Below are positions 27,301-39,259 of a stretch of DNA of 64,000 bases, piece by piece (positions within the stretch are counted from its first letter, which is position 1; every line of letters begins with the position of its first letter). Source of the stretch: Catajapyx aquilonaris (taxonomy: Eukaryota); contig KZ538001.1 of NCBI GenBank assembly GCA_000934665.2, positions 62,001 to 126,000 of the forward strand, in the 5' to 3' direction. Position numbers and translations under genes: made by a program. Under the pieces are notes generated by a model, which was not told the DNA's origin, ran no database searches, and was given only the letters and a program-made list of their open reading frames with translations.

Positions 27301-30300
27301 CTGCGGGAAAATGTAAAATAGTGAATGGGTTCTGCCAGGCGGGATCCACGCTGGTTGTAAATCCGGTTATTCTGAAGCTTGAGTGTCGTCCCGGAGTAAT
27401 GATTACTTGAGCCAGCACATCTGTAAAACCATACTGCCAGAACAGCAAACTTTTTGAGTTGTTTCTAGTTTCACCACCATAGGAAAAAACCCTCCTGATT
27501 GCTTTCCACACCCACACATATTTATAGTATATTGCGATTGGGATGGCGCCAGGAGTTGCATAACTTATGTAAATCCTGGCAAGTTGGTCGAAAAGGGGTA
27601 TCCATTGCTGGCCGGCAGTGGTGTCGCGGTTCTTGAGTGAGGATAAATAGGTCCAAAACGTGACCCGCAGGAAGATGGGTGGGCGCCTGTGGGGCGTCGA
27701 TCCTGCTCGGAGAGTTCAGCTTGTGCCGCCCGAAACGAGTCCAGATTCTGCGATTCGAAGGGACGCGCTCTTTCAAGTGGAAGAAAGGAAGTGGATCTTT
27801 TCGAATTTTTTTTAGGAGGCCCACTGGGAGCGTAAGAACAGCTTTGTCTACGGTGAAGAACTTTTGCTTCGAGGGGGTGGACGCAAGACAGAGCCCTTTT
27901 GCCCTGTCGCAGACCAATGTTTCATCAAGTCTCCTGCTAGACTTTGCGTCCAGCCCACCACCAAGGCTTAAGCCCATTCTCAGATAGCATGTAAAAAGAA
28001 AGATGGGGACTTTTACCCCCCTGCGTCGCTCCCTTCCGCTCCCTTGACCCGTGTGAAGAGAAGTAGGTTATCTTCGAGACTTTTGTGGTAATCAATCAAA
28101 GTGGTCTACGCGTGTCTGAAAGCAGATTCAGTGTTCCTGGATGTGTTCCCAGTCACCGGTCGAGAACAATATTCTGTCATGTTTTTTTCTCTCACAATTT
28201 CTCATTTTATGCATCGCGGAATGCAATTACCTGGGGGTCTGGTTTTGACCCAAATTACTCATTGCAAGTAGATAAGTGGCCCTGTTTTACGCTGGTAAAT
28301 TACCTGCATTTTGCACGCCTCTGTTGAGAAGGAACTACGTACTAGGACCTGAAGTGCAGAACAATCAGTCTACTTAATATTTTAAACTATATGTAGGCTG
28401 CGATGAGGGAAGAATTCGGCAGTGTCTATAGAAAAAGAAGAAATATTCTACGTGGCGTGTCTAGCTGTTGATCTGGAGTGTTGGCTGAAGAAGTGGTTGC
28501 TTGACAACACTGGCCTTCCGCTTGCAGTCTGATTGGGAGGCATGGCGTGCCTCTTCAGGCTTGAAATTAGGTTCCCAGCTGGGAACAACACACGGGGCCG
28601 GACTTTTACTCTTCTGCAACGAAGGCTAGAGGAGGAAGAATCTTGATCCGGTTTTTATTTTGCGACCAACAGCCACACCGGGTTCCCCAATCCGCAGTGT
28701 TGAAAACCATATGCCCCAACCCAAACCGCTTAAACTTTCTCTCCGATGTTCGGAATAAGATGGATCAAGTCATAAAAAGCTCTAAAATCCAGCGATCTAA
28801 CCAGGCAGCAACTACCTGAGGGATGCTGTGGCAATTATAAGGTAATGGGCGTTGTCTTCCTGCTCCGTCGGTTAATAAGTGGAGGTTTCAGAGAATCGGA
28901 AGACGGACGCCTGGGGCCTAGAGAAGATGAGAGGAGAGATCGATCCTACCAAGAGAGAAAGGGTTCCAAACCATTCCCACCCAGACCCAGCCCCACCACC
29001 ACCACACTTGAAAGTGGCCTACAGGCTTAGGCTGCTGCCTAGGAGGGTACTCGATGAAGTAGCCACGTGATGAACATGGCGGATGGGCTGCTACTGATTG
29101 GATGTACACGAGTGGGTGGTTGACCAACGCACTACTATCCTGTTTGTTTGGATTACAGCTATAAATTCTGCATTGTCGCATTAGTGAGCGCTAATTATAG
29201 TCACGGGCCTCATATTTATAACAAGTTGGGGGTTCATTTAGGGCCATTACTACGCCTGGACCATTATGGCAATGCGGTCCACAAGTAACTGTTTGAGATG
29301 GCTGAACCATCCTTTTTATATACTCTGGCTCTAGGGGGTTGGAGGGCGTTCTTCTTTACTTTCCTCTGCACATGTCAGCCTTAGAGCACTAGATGCATTA
29401 GCTGGCATAACAGTCGGGGTAGGCAGGAAGGTTGTTCAGCTTAGATATGGCGTATGAAAAAGGGAAATAATCTGCAGCTAAAATGCAGCGTTAAGGAAAT
29501 GGAAGTTGCAAGACGTGGCTTTTAGGTCGAATCCGGCCGCACTCCCAGAGTGAGGCATTTTCAAGGGGAGCTCCGGTTGAGATGTTTGCCTGTGTGCTCC
29601 AGCTCTGCGAGTCACACGTAGCCCAGACTTCAAAGGGCTAGAAGTTCTTTAGCGATTATCTCGGTGACCTGTGCCGGCCTAGAGAATCATGTTTTATGGA
29701 GTGGCCAGAGAAATACTGTATAAATATGGCGGGGAGTCCCGGTTGTTTTGGGCTAGGCGGAAGAGCAGATTTGCAGCTGTGCTGCCCATGACATGTGGAT
29801 GGATGGGGGTGAATGGGTTGAATTTCACCCTCCAGCCTTCTCAGAATAACCAAAGACTAGAGTCCAAAAAATTTGAGGCAAAAACAAACGTACCGCAGAA
29901 TCCATGGAACTCTACCTCTCCAGTGGCAACGAAACAAAAAAAAAACTGGGCGACCGTATTGACTGTGATAATGATGATGATGTTTGCAGTAGAAGCCTGC
30001 AGTACCTGGGTTTGCATGAGTTGAGCTGCCAACCGTACATAGCTGCAGATGAGATCTGGCAATCTGTGCTTGGCAGCAGGGGCATCCTTTCCCGAGGGCA
30101 ACTCAGAGAAACCCAATCCGGCGGGGAAACTTTTTGCGTGGTTGGCTGAAACATCTGGTGTGCACATGCACATGCGTGCGTTGGTGGGGGGTAGGTGACG
30201 GAGCATGACAAGTGTCCTTCTTTGTCCTGTTGGCCTCTTGCACTGGGATGCGTTCCGTTTTGGATGTAATTATACGCTGCGGTTGACATGTGTATTATTA

Positions 30301-32799
30301 ACCGGGATCTTGCAGGCTATATTTACACTTAGCCACAATATGAGTTAGTGACACCAATTTCATGCGTAGAGTAACAACACGGTTTGATTTTGATGCATGT
30401 ACGATACGTTGTGTTATTGTGTCAGGTGCACTCATGGCCAGGGCCGTATTTACGCATGGGCAGTTCGAGGCAATTGCCCAGGGGCGGCAAATTGTGGGGT
30501 TTGGGATAGTGGAGGGTCGAAATATGGTGGAGGAAATTAGCGGAGAGAAAAATAACGCAATAACCACACGTCAACAAAGGGAAAAGCGAAGGGCACAATC
30601 ATGTTGAATAATAATGACACTGATTTTTTTTACTGGGCTGAACTGCTTTGATTCTAGGCTTGGGTTCCGATGGGCTTGCTTCATTTAGAGATAGTAGTGC
30701 CAACTAACTAAACCAGGAATGTCAGTTCATATCAATAATCACAACGCAACCAGTGCCAAAGAAAACATATAAGAATTATCCCATCCGTGACCAATTAGGA
30801 TTGGCAACCTAGATATGAGATATTTTGTTCCAAATTTGTAAGGGAATGAAGAGTACAATAGACCTACACATGGCTAATGATGACGCCCTTTTCCTGCCAC
30901 TGCTGTAAGGCGATCTCGAATCACTTCCCATTCACCAATCATCAATCAATAAACCTGGCATCCTCTGCGACCTCTGCGGTTAGATCTGATTTTTTGTGCG
31001 GGTTTTTTATCGAGCCCGCGGGATACCAGATTGCCTGCTTGATAGTAATTGAAAAGAATAATTAATATTCTCAAATTACAAGCTCCGATGGTGTAATGGG
31101 GGATGGATGTGTTGCTCGATCGAGGCCTTCAGTTTTCCCAGTAATTTTTGAGCGATATACTGTTTCAAAAATTATCCAGTTCAGAAAGTGTGGAAATTAA
31201 AATTTTTACATACTAAGATTCTTATCTCTATTTGCATCTGAAGCCCGAATGGCATATACATGTATTCAATTATTTGGAAGTATACAGTGTTGGTTGCCTT
31301 ATTAGCAGGATGATACTCAGGCACTGGAAGAATTTTACATTTTGCTCGCTGGCCGCATATACGACTATTTCAATATGAAAAATTGCTGCACAGTATAACG
31401 CAAAATCAGTGGAAAACTTTCTATTTTTAACCGATGTGATTAAAACAAATCCAGCTAGAATATATTATCTCCACTAAAAGCCTGGATTCTGGAATATCTT
31501 GTAAGTAATCGAGATTCTAGAGCCTGCCCAAATGAGTTATTAATATCTAATGAACCCTCCAAATTAATACTGCGTTAGACTACAAATCTTTGCAGAGACT
31601 GGAATGTTAATATCAATCTGAAAGTTGAACATTTATTGCTCATTATCCTCGTGCGGGAAAGTGGACCACTTACTACCCTATATCCTGCAGTTGTAACTCA
31701 GTAATTCTGGCCATAATTCCCTCTACACATATGTGAGCTTCTCCTTCGTTTAATTCGGCCCTACATTGCCTCAATTTTGTCTGCCACTACTTAAAGCCTG
31801 TTGTATCCATTCTCAGTGGCTCAATTGGGAGCGACACTATTGTTGAAACCGCAGCATGTACCAGGTGCCGCCCGGCACATCGATGGCGTCTGCTTTTCTC
31901 GTCTTTTCCCCCAAAAGATCGGAAGCCTTTTCCATTGCGCAGTGAAATTGGCCTATTCCTCATGAACCTTCAACCATGACCGTGTTCCCTCCATAAACTC
32001 CAGGAGGCGATTAAATCTTCCCACCGCACTCTGTCTTCCGACAAAAGAGATGGAGGGGAGGAGGGGAAGGAGAGGGGAATCTTCCATAGGGACTGACCGG
32101 AATATGACGTGTGTCGCCACCTATCCACCCCAGGAGAAATCAGGCAACGCGGCGTAGGAACAAAATAATTTCGGAAATGGAACTTCTGATGGTACGCATG
32201 AAAAGCGTGGCTCGAGTTGATCGACAAAAGAGATGAGAAAGAAATGGGAAAAAAAAGTACTTGGGTTTCTAGGAAATAGTGTCTGAGTTTTGTAAGGATC
32301 CGGGGATCTCTGGGATCTGCTTGTCGATCGTTGGGAAGAAGAGGAAGTTGTAGCCTACACTTCATGGACTACGATTTCTTTATCTAGGCGCGTTCTCGGA
32401 AAGTTTTCTTTAATTTGGAGGACATAGTGCGCGAACGTAAAACTTCTCCGACAAACTGCCTCCTCCAAGTTTTCTCAAGGTGTTCCGGAAAATTCGCTCG
32501 CCGTTCCGCATCGTAATGCGCTCTGGCCTTCCTTCGGGGGAGACTGCTGGGCTATGGCAATTAGGAACGGATGAAGGAAAAGGGAACAGAAAGGCAGTCT
32601 AGTAGTGACTTCCAGGGCTAAAGGTAACTAGTTCGAGCCAAGTAGCTGACTTGGGCTGCCCCATACACCTCACACTTTAGAAACACCCTGTACACTCCAT
32701 AATTTAAATTGGAAGGTTTGAAGTTGAATGTATTTTCTGTCTTTACCTGGCAGTGATTTGGAATTGCAGGCATCCATTAAGTGTGTCTACAGAAGCAAG

Positions 32800-32831
32800 C
32801 CCCCCCCCCCCCCCCCCCCCCCCCCCTCCCC
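32800..32831. repeat. Poly-C tract
   Basis: 27 consecutive C, then tcccc. Shorter C/G tracts containing an N lie at ~4623-4642 and 37777-37791. Confidence 0.95.
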
Positions 32832-34159
32832 GTCTTGTTAAGTAATAAGGGGAGAGGCCTGTGGGAATAGGGACGTAATGAATTGAAAAAGGAAGAGCGG
32901 TCGAATATTCGGAAGAGTGTCGTCAACAGCGCGTCAGGCCGGGTTGTAATGAGAAGCTGAATTTTCATCTGACATCTTAATTCGCACCCACTCGGCTGCA
33001 ATTTTGCCACAGCCATATTCGTAGCAACGGCAGCAACAGTGAAATAGGATTATGACCGGCCTAAGTGATAATGTGCACAATTAATATGGCCTCTCTGCAT
33101 TCAAGTTCTGTGCATTAATTTGACTGCCGTGTTTGTTTGCCCGCTAACTAGAGTGCCGTTGGCGACGGCTGCATCCGTGCTACAGTACTTTGCAGATAGT
33201 TCTGTTTATGCATGAATTTTTAAGCGCTGCGTGTGACATTATTGCGACGGCAGCCGACTTGCATGCTAGAAGAATGTCCAGTTTGATTTCTGCAGCAGTT
33301 AGGTACCGGTACTGACTCAACTGGTTAGCGTGAAGGGTGCCGATGACGGATGTGGCAATCCAGACTGCCGTTTTACTTTCTTCGTGCTGCGCCCGGCAAA
33401 TGCGCGCTTTAGGTTATTGTTGCTTGGCATGCGAAACACTATTTGAGGCAAAAGTGGAGGCACGCTCTATACGTACACTGCAGGATGATGGTAGGGCCTG
33501 GAGGTGTTTCAGGAAGTGCGTGATCAACTTTTTTATTGTTCATTGTCGTGAAGAGCGTATGCATTATTTATGCTCCTCTCGTTCCATTCATATAGTCAAG
33601 ACAGCCGTCTTATCAAAAGCAAGATCGGTCGACTTCTTTGATTCACGCTGTTGACACTTATTGCAACAAAAATCTGTAGGGATTCAAGCAGTGTACAGTA
33701 ATATCGACGGTTGCAGCTGGTATAGGCTTCGGCTGAAAGGCAGTATTCATTACAAAAGCCACCTAGGCAGAAGCGGAAGCAATGAAATTGCAGATAAGAA
33801 TGATGCAGTAACTTTCTCGGCAGCTTCAACATTGGCAGCATGGGGTAGGCGGATTATTTTCCTTCGTCGAATGTTGCGGAGGTGAAGGGAGAAGCAGCAG
33901 GAGGGAGGGTGGGTGGGAAGAGGAGAAAAATGGGGCTATGGGGAAGGGGAATGAGGGAAAGGAGCCGTATGAAGGGAGATCAATCTCAAAGATGAAGCTC
34001 CGGCACATGGCGGCCGGAAATATTATAAGAGACTTGAGCTCCTTCTCGGTTCCTCGGTTTCGTGTTCTGAGCATACACGGATCACTTGTCCCGAATTGAA
34101 CTCATCCCTCGTCCATAAATTGAATGAAAGAGCTCGGTTCTGAAAGCCCCATACATCTC

Positions 34160-34160
<1 letters not shown>

Positions 34161-34220
<60 letters not shown>
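34161..34220. repeat. (ATT)n microsatellite
   Basis: 20 perfect units. Confidence 0.97.
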
Positions 34221-34223
<3 letters not shown>

Positions 34224-36514
34224 TGGGTGTATGTTGTAGGTAGGTTAGGTAGACTATAGCTGGGGGTTGATATAGCTCGGGTGTGTGAGGGCGGAAAAAA
34301 TACTGGCCGTCTGGCGATTGGGGAGTCTGCACTCAATCCTCAAGTCAGGCCGGAATGGTCGTTCATAAATCCTGAGCCGGTGCACGTCGTGTGGGCCGCC
34401 CCCACCACGGCCACATCTTTGTTCGCCCAGCCTATTGGTACACCCCTCGGCAAGATTTGAATGCTAGTCAAGTGGCGGATTGGGAAGACTCAGGTGGTGA
34501 CCCCCCTCCTTCAACAGGCGTTTCAAATCTGGTGTCAAGTTGATTTGAAAGAGCAAACGCTGAGGCCTCTCTGCCTCCAGAACCTCCACTCCACTATCTA
34601 GTTGGAAAGCTTGCGTGCTTGGCGACAAGCCAGCTCCACTCTGGAGCTTTGGGAGAGAAGAAGGATTGTTGGTCTTTGCCGGGTTTGGAATAGCATAAGT
34701 TAGTGTATATACCGGCTGGTAATCTCGCTGCGAGTGAAATATTATATTATTGTCTCAAGCTAGTAGCTGCCAGGGGGGATTGGGTACAGGGCCAGATCTC
34801 ATCCTGGGACGTATGCAACCAAAGTGGCTCTTTTGCCCACCTCAGTTGCGGGCTTGCCGGGCTGAAAACTCGCCATGGGAAGTTGCCGATCCGGGCTTGT
34901 CTGCATAATGCCATTGTGGCAGAGCTTCTGGCAATTCATAACAACAATTTGTCAAGAAATGGGAAGGGCCTTTGTCAGGGGTGAACGCCACATGAATTAT
35001 TCATGCTGGGGCGCGAATTTTTCCTTCACTCGCTCGGCTCGCAAACATTTTCTGGTTTTTTTTTGCGACTGGAAATTAGGAGATGTGGGATAATCTTTTT
35101 GGGAGTGGAGAAAACTTTTTGGGATGCACCTATTGTGTCAATTTTTGAATGCATTGTTGTAAAAAAAATGACAGGTACCAAGTGTAATGTCAGCTCAGCA
35201 CTGTTTCTGGCAGGCGTAGGTCCAAAAAAGTAGGACCGAATTGCATGCGAAATGTTTTGCCTTTTCGGATGGGTGCAATTATTGTGTGTTGTGGCTGAAG
35301 AGAAATGATGCCAGAAGCATACACTTTTTCATCCTGGCCCTCTCTTGTCGTCGTTCAAAGAGACAGGTTTTATGGTGGACGGCTGGTGGTTCAATGAAGT
35401 AGTCAGCCGCACTAGACCATTGGGGAGTGTGTCACATGTGTCTCGGCCACATGTTACACATGGCCTTCTACACCACCAGGCGTCGGCTGCCTCCTCTCGA
35501 CGGATATTTATCCCTTTGTAGCGGAAAAAGCCCGGGAGAGTTTCTCGGCAATCAGTTGAGAGGTAAAGGATTTCTAAAAAAAATAATTATGCGCTTATAA
35601 AGGAAGGCGTATCAGGAGAATGGGACTTGGTGCGGCACACACTTTGCTGTCTCTTTATTCTCCAGGAAGGAAATCAGTAGTTGGCTCCAGATTTATTGCG
35701 GACGTTCGTTTCGTAAGGAGAAAAAGGGTGCCTCAAAGTGTGAAAACGAGCTCAGAGAAGCTCTGACGGTTTTGATGTTGTATATGTCGTGGCTTTACTT
35801 CCCAAGTGAAGCGTTCTTTAGAAGGCGGACTTAATTCCTTCCAGAGCTTGCCTTTGATGACTTTGACGTTGCCTTCTGCCAGGGCTATTTTGTGTTTGCG
35901 CTCTAGCTTGAAGGGAGAAACTATGAGAAGAGTCCAGGAGAATCAGAGTGCGAGGTTGCTAATTAAGAGGTAGAAATGCGAGTTATTACTTAAGATAAGG
36001 CGTTTTAAGGAAATCTGACCCGATCGTTGTAATGAGAAAATATGTTTTGGACGTAAAAACTGCACTTTGAGCCGTTACGTACGAAACGCGCATTGTAATA
36101 GCAAAATTCCCTCTTAGTACTCCGGGAAGCACTTTTAAAGTCTCAGGCCAATTGTTATTAATTCATTCCTCAGAATAAACCTTATTAAAGACTTGTTGTA
36201 GCTTTCAGGATACTTTTGGCATTTTCCGGAAAATTAAACAGTACAGTTTGAAAACTCGAGTGACAGTTTGGGTAAATGCTCCACTTATTCACAAGAGTAA
36301 TTCCGGATTTGTTGCAATCTTCATTTGGCCATATTTCCCGCCTCCGAGTATGAAACTAATCACTCACCGCGGATCGATCCAGCTACCGGTTTCCATCTTT
36401 TATAAAACACCAGGCGTCGACTTTGAAGCACTTTCTGGCAGCCCGTCGCTCGCAATGTAAAGTGTTTGAAAGGTGCATGGATGGTATTTAAACTGGAGCC
36501 TGATTGCGACAGCG

Positions 36515-36547
36515 CTAACACAATTTCCTCCTGTGTTGCAGGTAAGC
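36515..36547 (+). promoter_or_regulatory. Candidate recursive splice site (ratchet point)
   Basis: Branch-point CTAAC (36515-36519), AG-free pyrimidine-rich tract acaatttcctcctgtgttgc, then AG|GTAAGC (AG 36540-36541, GT 36542-36543). Confidence 0.62.
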
Positions 36548-36861
36548 GAGGATCTGGCGCGGCATGTGTTGCGCGTCTGCATCAATCCCTCTCGGCCAAA
36601 AAGTTTCTCCTTGAAGCGGCGGTCTGTGAAGCATGCTTGCATAGATATTAATTGCGCCCATTAATAAGCAAGCCGTGCATGTGGGCCGGATCGCAACGAG
36701 CAGCGATTTTTCAACCGGCTGCAGTGGGGAAGACACGCCATTCTACTCCCGAAGTCATGTAAAATCTTGACTACTTTTTGAAAAAAACAACAAAACTGCA
36801 GAGTCAGGAGACGCAACCAGTATAGGTTGAAGAAGTGTCCAGTATTTTTTAAGGGACAGGT

Positions 36862-37064
36862 TGTGAGGTCGACCTATCGAGAACGTCTCTACTGACTCTG
36901 ATTACAGGTTGCCAACAACCGGGTAATTAAACTAGCTTCATCTCCGGCCATCTCCCGACTGAGACTCAGGTTCGTCACTCTCCACACCCCGCATCCACGC
37001 CATCTCTTGGCAAAATTGCCAACTCTCAACTAACCCCATCTTCTGGATGCGGGTGGATGTCACA
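36862..37064. mobile_element. Solo-LTR-like element, copy B (203 bp)
   Basis: TGTGAGG...TGTCACA termini; ctagc-tctccggc-tctc-cgactga and aactaac-ccatct shared with copy C; cccatct..tggatgcggg shared with copy D. Flanks AGGT/AACT are imperfect. Confidence 0.65.
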
Positions 37065-38886
37065 AACTACACACTGGCAGGGTTACCAGGTATAGTCGGA
37101 TTTTGCGCAGCTGCTTTGCCTCCGAAGCCCCCGTCATGATAATTAGCAGTCGGCAGAAGAAGATTCGCATTCCGGCCCGAGCTTCGAAAGTCATTAGAGA
37201 ATTTGAAGGCAACGTAATGGAGCCCGGAGAAACGTGGCAGTCCTCCTCACCTGACGTGTGACGAATTAGTTTGCAGGTACTCCTGATTAATTTCACTTGG
37301 ACCAAGTGCGGGGCTAGGTCGGTGGGCGAAACATTTCCCACTCCGCAGATGTACCGGGGAGGCTTTCTTGACGGTTTACTGGTCGTAAACTCCATCTGCC
37401 GGGTCCATATGAAACAGGCAGTAAACCCTGGCCGGTGTTTAAGAATAAAGGAATGACTTTTATCGCCGGCGGAAAATGAGCTGTTCGCTCCACGTATGGG
37501 ACATTTTGATGGCGCATGTCAAGCATAACCGCCAAATATTATTATGGATGCCAAAATGCCATGTTTAAATCAATTCTGGTATTCATGCACATCCAGACCC
37601 GGCAAAATGGGGCGTTAGTATCTGTGCGGAGTAGCGCATTGAACATGTTTTGTGCTAATTAAACGGCAATTCGGGAGCAAAATGTTACTAAGCCTCGACT
37701 GGGTATAAACTTACCCCTGGCTACCATATTTTCACCAACTGATAATCACGTCGGTATACCCTACATATGGTCTTACGGGGGGGGGNGGGGGTAGTATAGG
37801 GCTTAGGGCTACACTACGATAGCAAAGACTAGTTGTGTATACATAGCAACAGTTAGAGACCTCTTGATGGTGTTCTCACGCTCTCGTTGTGAGACAGCCC
37901 TGGTTTTGAACGCGTATGTGCGCGCCGCACAAAAGCCTCAGGACTGGTGCTTTGAAGTGGTGTCCTTTGGTGACAAGCTAATGGGTATTCATTCGCCTTT
38001 CATAGACACTCTACCTCCCGATGAATCCCGCTCCACAAATGCCTCTGACCAGGTTTTGCAGCGCTAACTGTAGACACAGCAGCAGTCCTTGTTGACACGG
38101 TATTTCGACGACCGCGTCGGTTAGTTCACTTAACCGGTTCCGCGCCCTGCATCACCAAAAGCTGCATCTTGAGTCCTGGCTGAAACATAGTCCGAATATT
38201 GAGCCAGTTTTTCCAGAGTAAAACCGGTGCTACAACGCCTGGCCCAGCTTTTTTTTCTTCTTTTTTGGTTTAAACATGCAGAGATATGCAGTGAATTCTT
38301 TCCGAGTCTAGGCGTAGTATATGGGAGGGAGGCACCCTTGAGCCCGGACCCATCAGAGGAGCCCAATTTCTGGAGTCTTTTCGTCCCCCACCCGCCTTCC
38401 GATTTCCCGCCTTGCGCCCCAAATTATAATGCGGAAACGGGTGTTATCTTAAGACGGGAGAGATGCAAGCTCTCCTCCCGCCCTTCCTCCTTGCTTTGCG
38501 AGTTTCATTCCAAGCCCTGTGGAAATGGGTTTTGCTTTGTGCCGGAGTCGCTTGGGCGGCTTCATCAAGCGGCAGGAAACGAGCCAGTTTTCCTCTTGTG
38601 CCGACCAGAGGGCTCTTTGCTATTGCTGTCTAGCATAGTCGGGGGCTAGTTGTTGCTCTAACTAGACTTGCTGCATGTCCGTTTGCGCAGATGAGCTGAC
38701 ATGTCTCCCGGTTTAGACGTGGAAAAGTACCTAAAGTATCGCTTGATGCGAGCTGCCATCAAGGGACGATATTAGGGCAGGTCATCATTCGCGTTGCAGA
38801 GCGCTGATGATTACAGGCACTGCTGAAAGGACATATACTGTGTGTCAAAAAATGTATCCAGGCGCTATGCATTTGTTCGAACTTAA

Positions 38887-39034
38887 GCTGCGTTTACATG
38901 TGAGCGATTTGACAAGCGAAATCTTCTCCGAGGCTGAGTAACCCAAGTAACCAATGTTGTTTCAGGCGAAAATCGATTGTTAATTTCAGCCTCGGCGAAG
39001 ATTTCGCTCGTCAAATCGCTCATATGTAAACGCA
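38887..39034. mobile_element. PIF/Harbinger-like MITE hairpin
   Basis: 49-bp inverted arms 38889-38937 / 38986-39034 with 3 mismatches. Left end TAA-GCTGCGTTTACA resembles Harbinger-type termini; right terminus and TSD are not intact. Confidence 0.72.
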
Positions 39035-39080
39035 CACACGAGGCCGTTGCTAGAAAAACATCCTGCCAAACCATTCAAAT

Positions 39081-39259
39081 TGGGAGATCAGACCTTCCTA
39101 AGTAATCTCTACAAACCCAGAGCGGTCGTCGTGGATGTGGTCCAATAATTAAACAGATGTCTACAACCTAGCCTGGTCTCCGGCTGTCTCGCGACTGACT
39201 ACAACCTCAAGCTCCACCCCAGGTCCACACCAGAACTAACTCCATCTAGGGGAGCCACA
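39081..39259. mobile_element. Solo-LTR-like element, copy C (179 bp)
   Basis: TG...ACA termini, exact 4-bp TSD AAAT (39077-80 / 39260-63); collinear motifs with copies A and B. Confidence 0.68.

Noticed and set aside
38803..38832. CTGATGA...GAAA hammerhead-like core (also a minus-strand CTGAAGA...GAAA near 56833-56860)
   Set aside because: Stem II lacks the conserved closing pair and I could not build stems I and III with a cleavage triplet.
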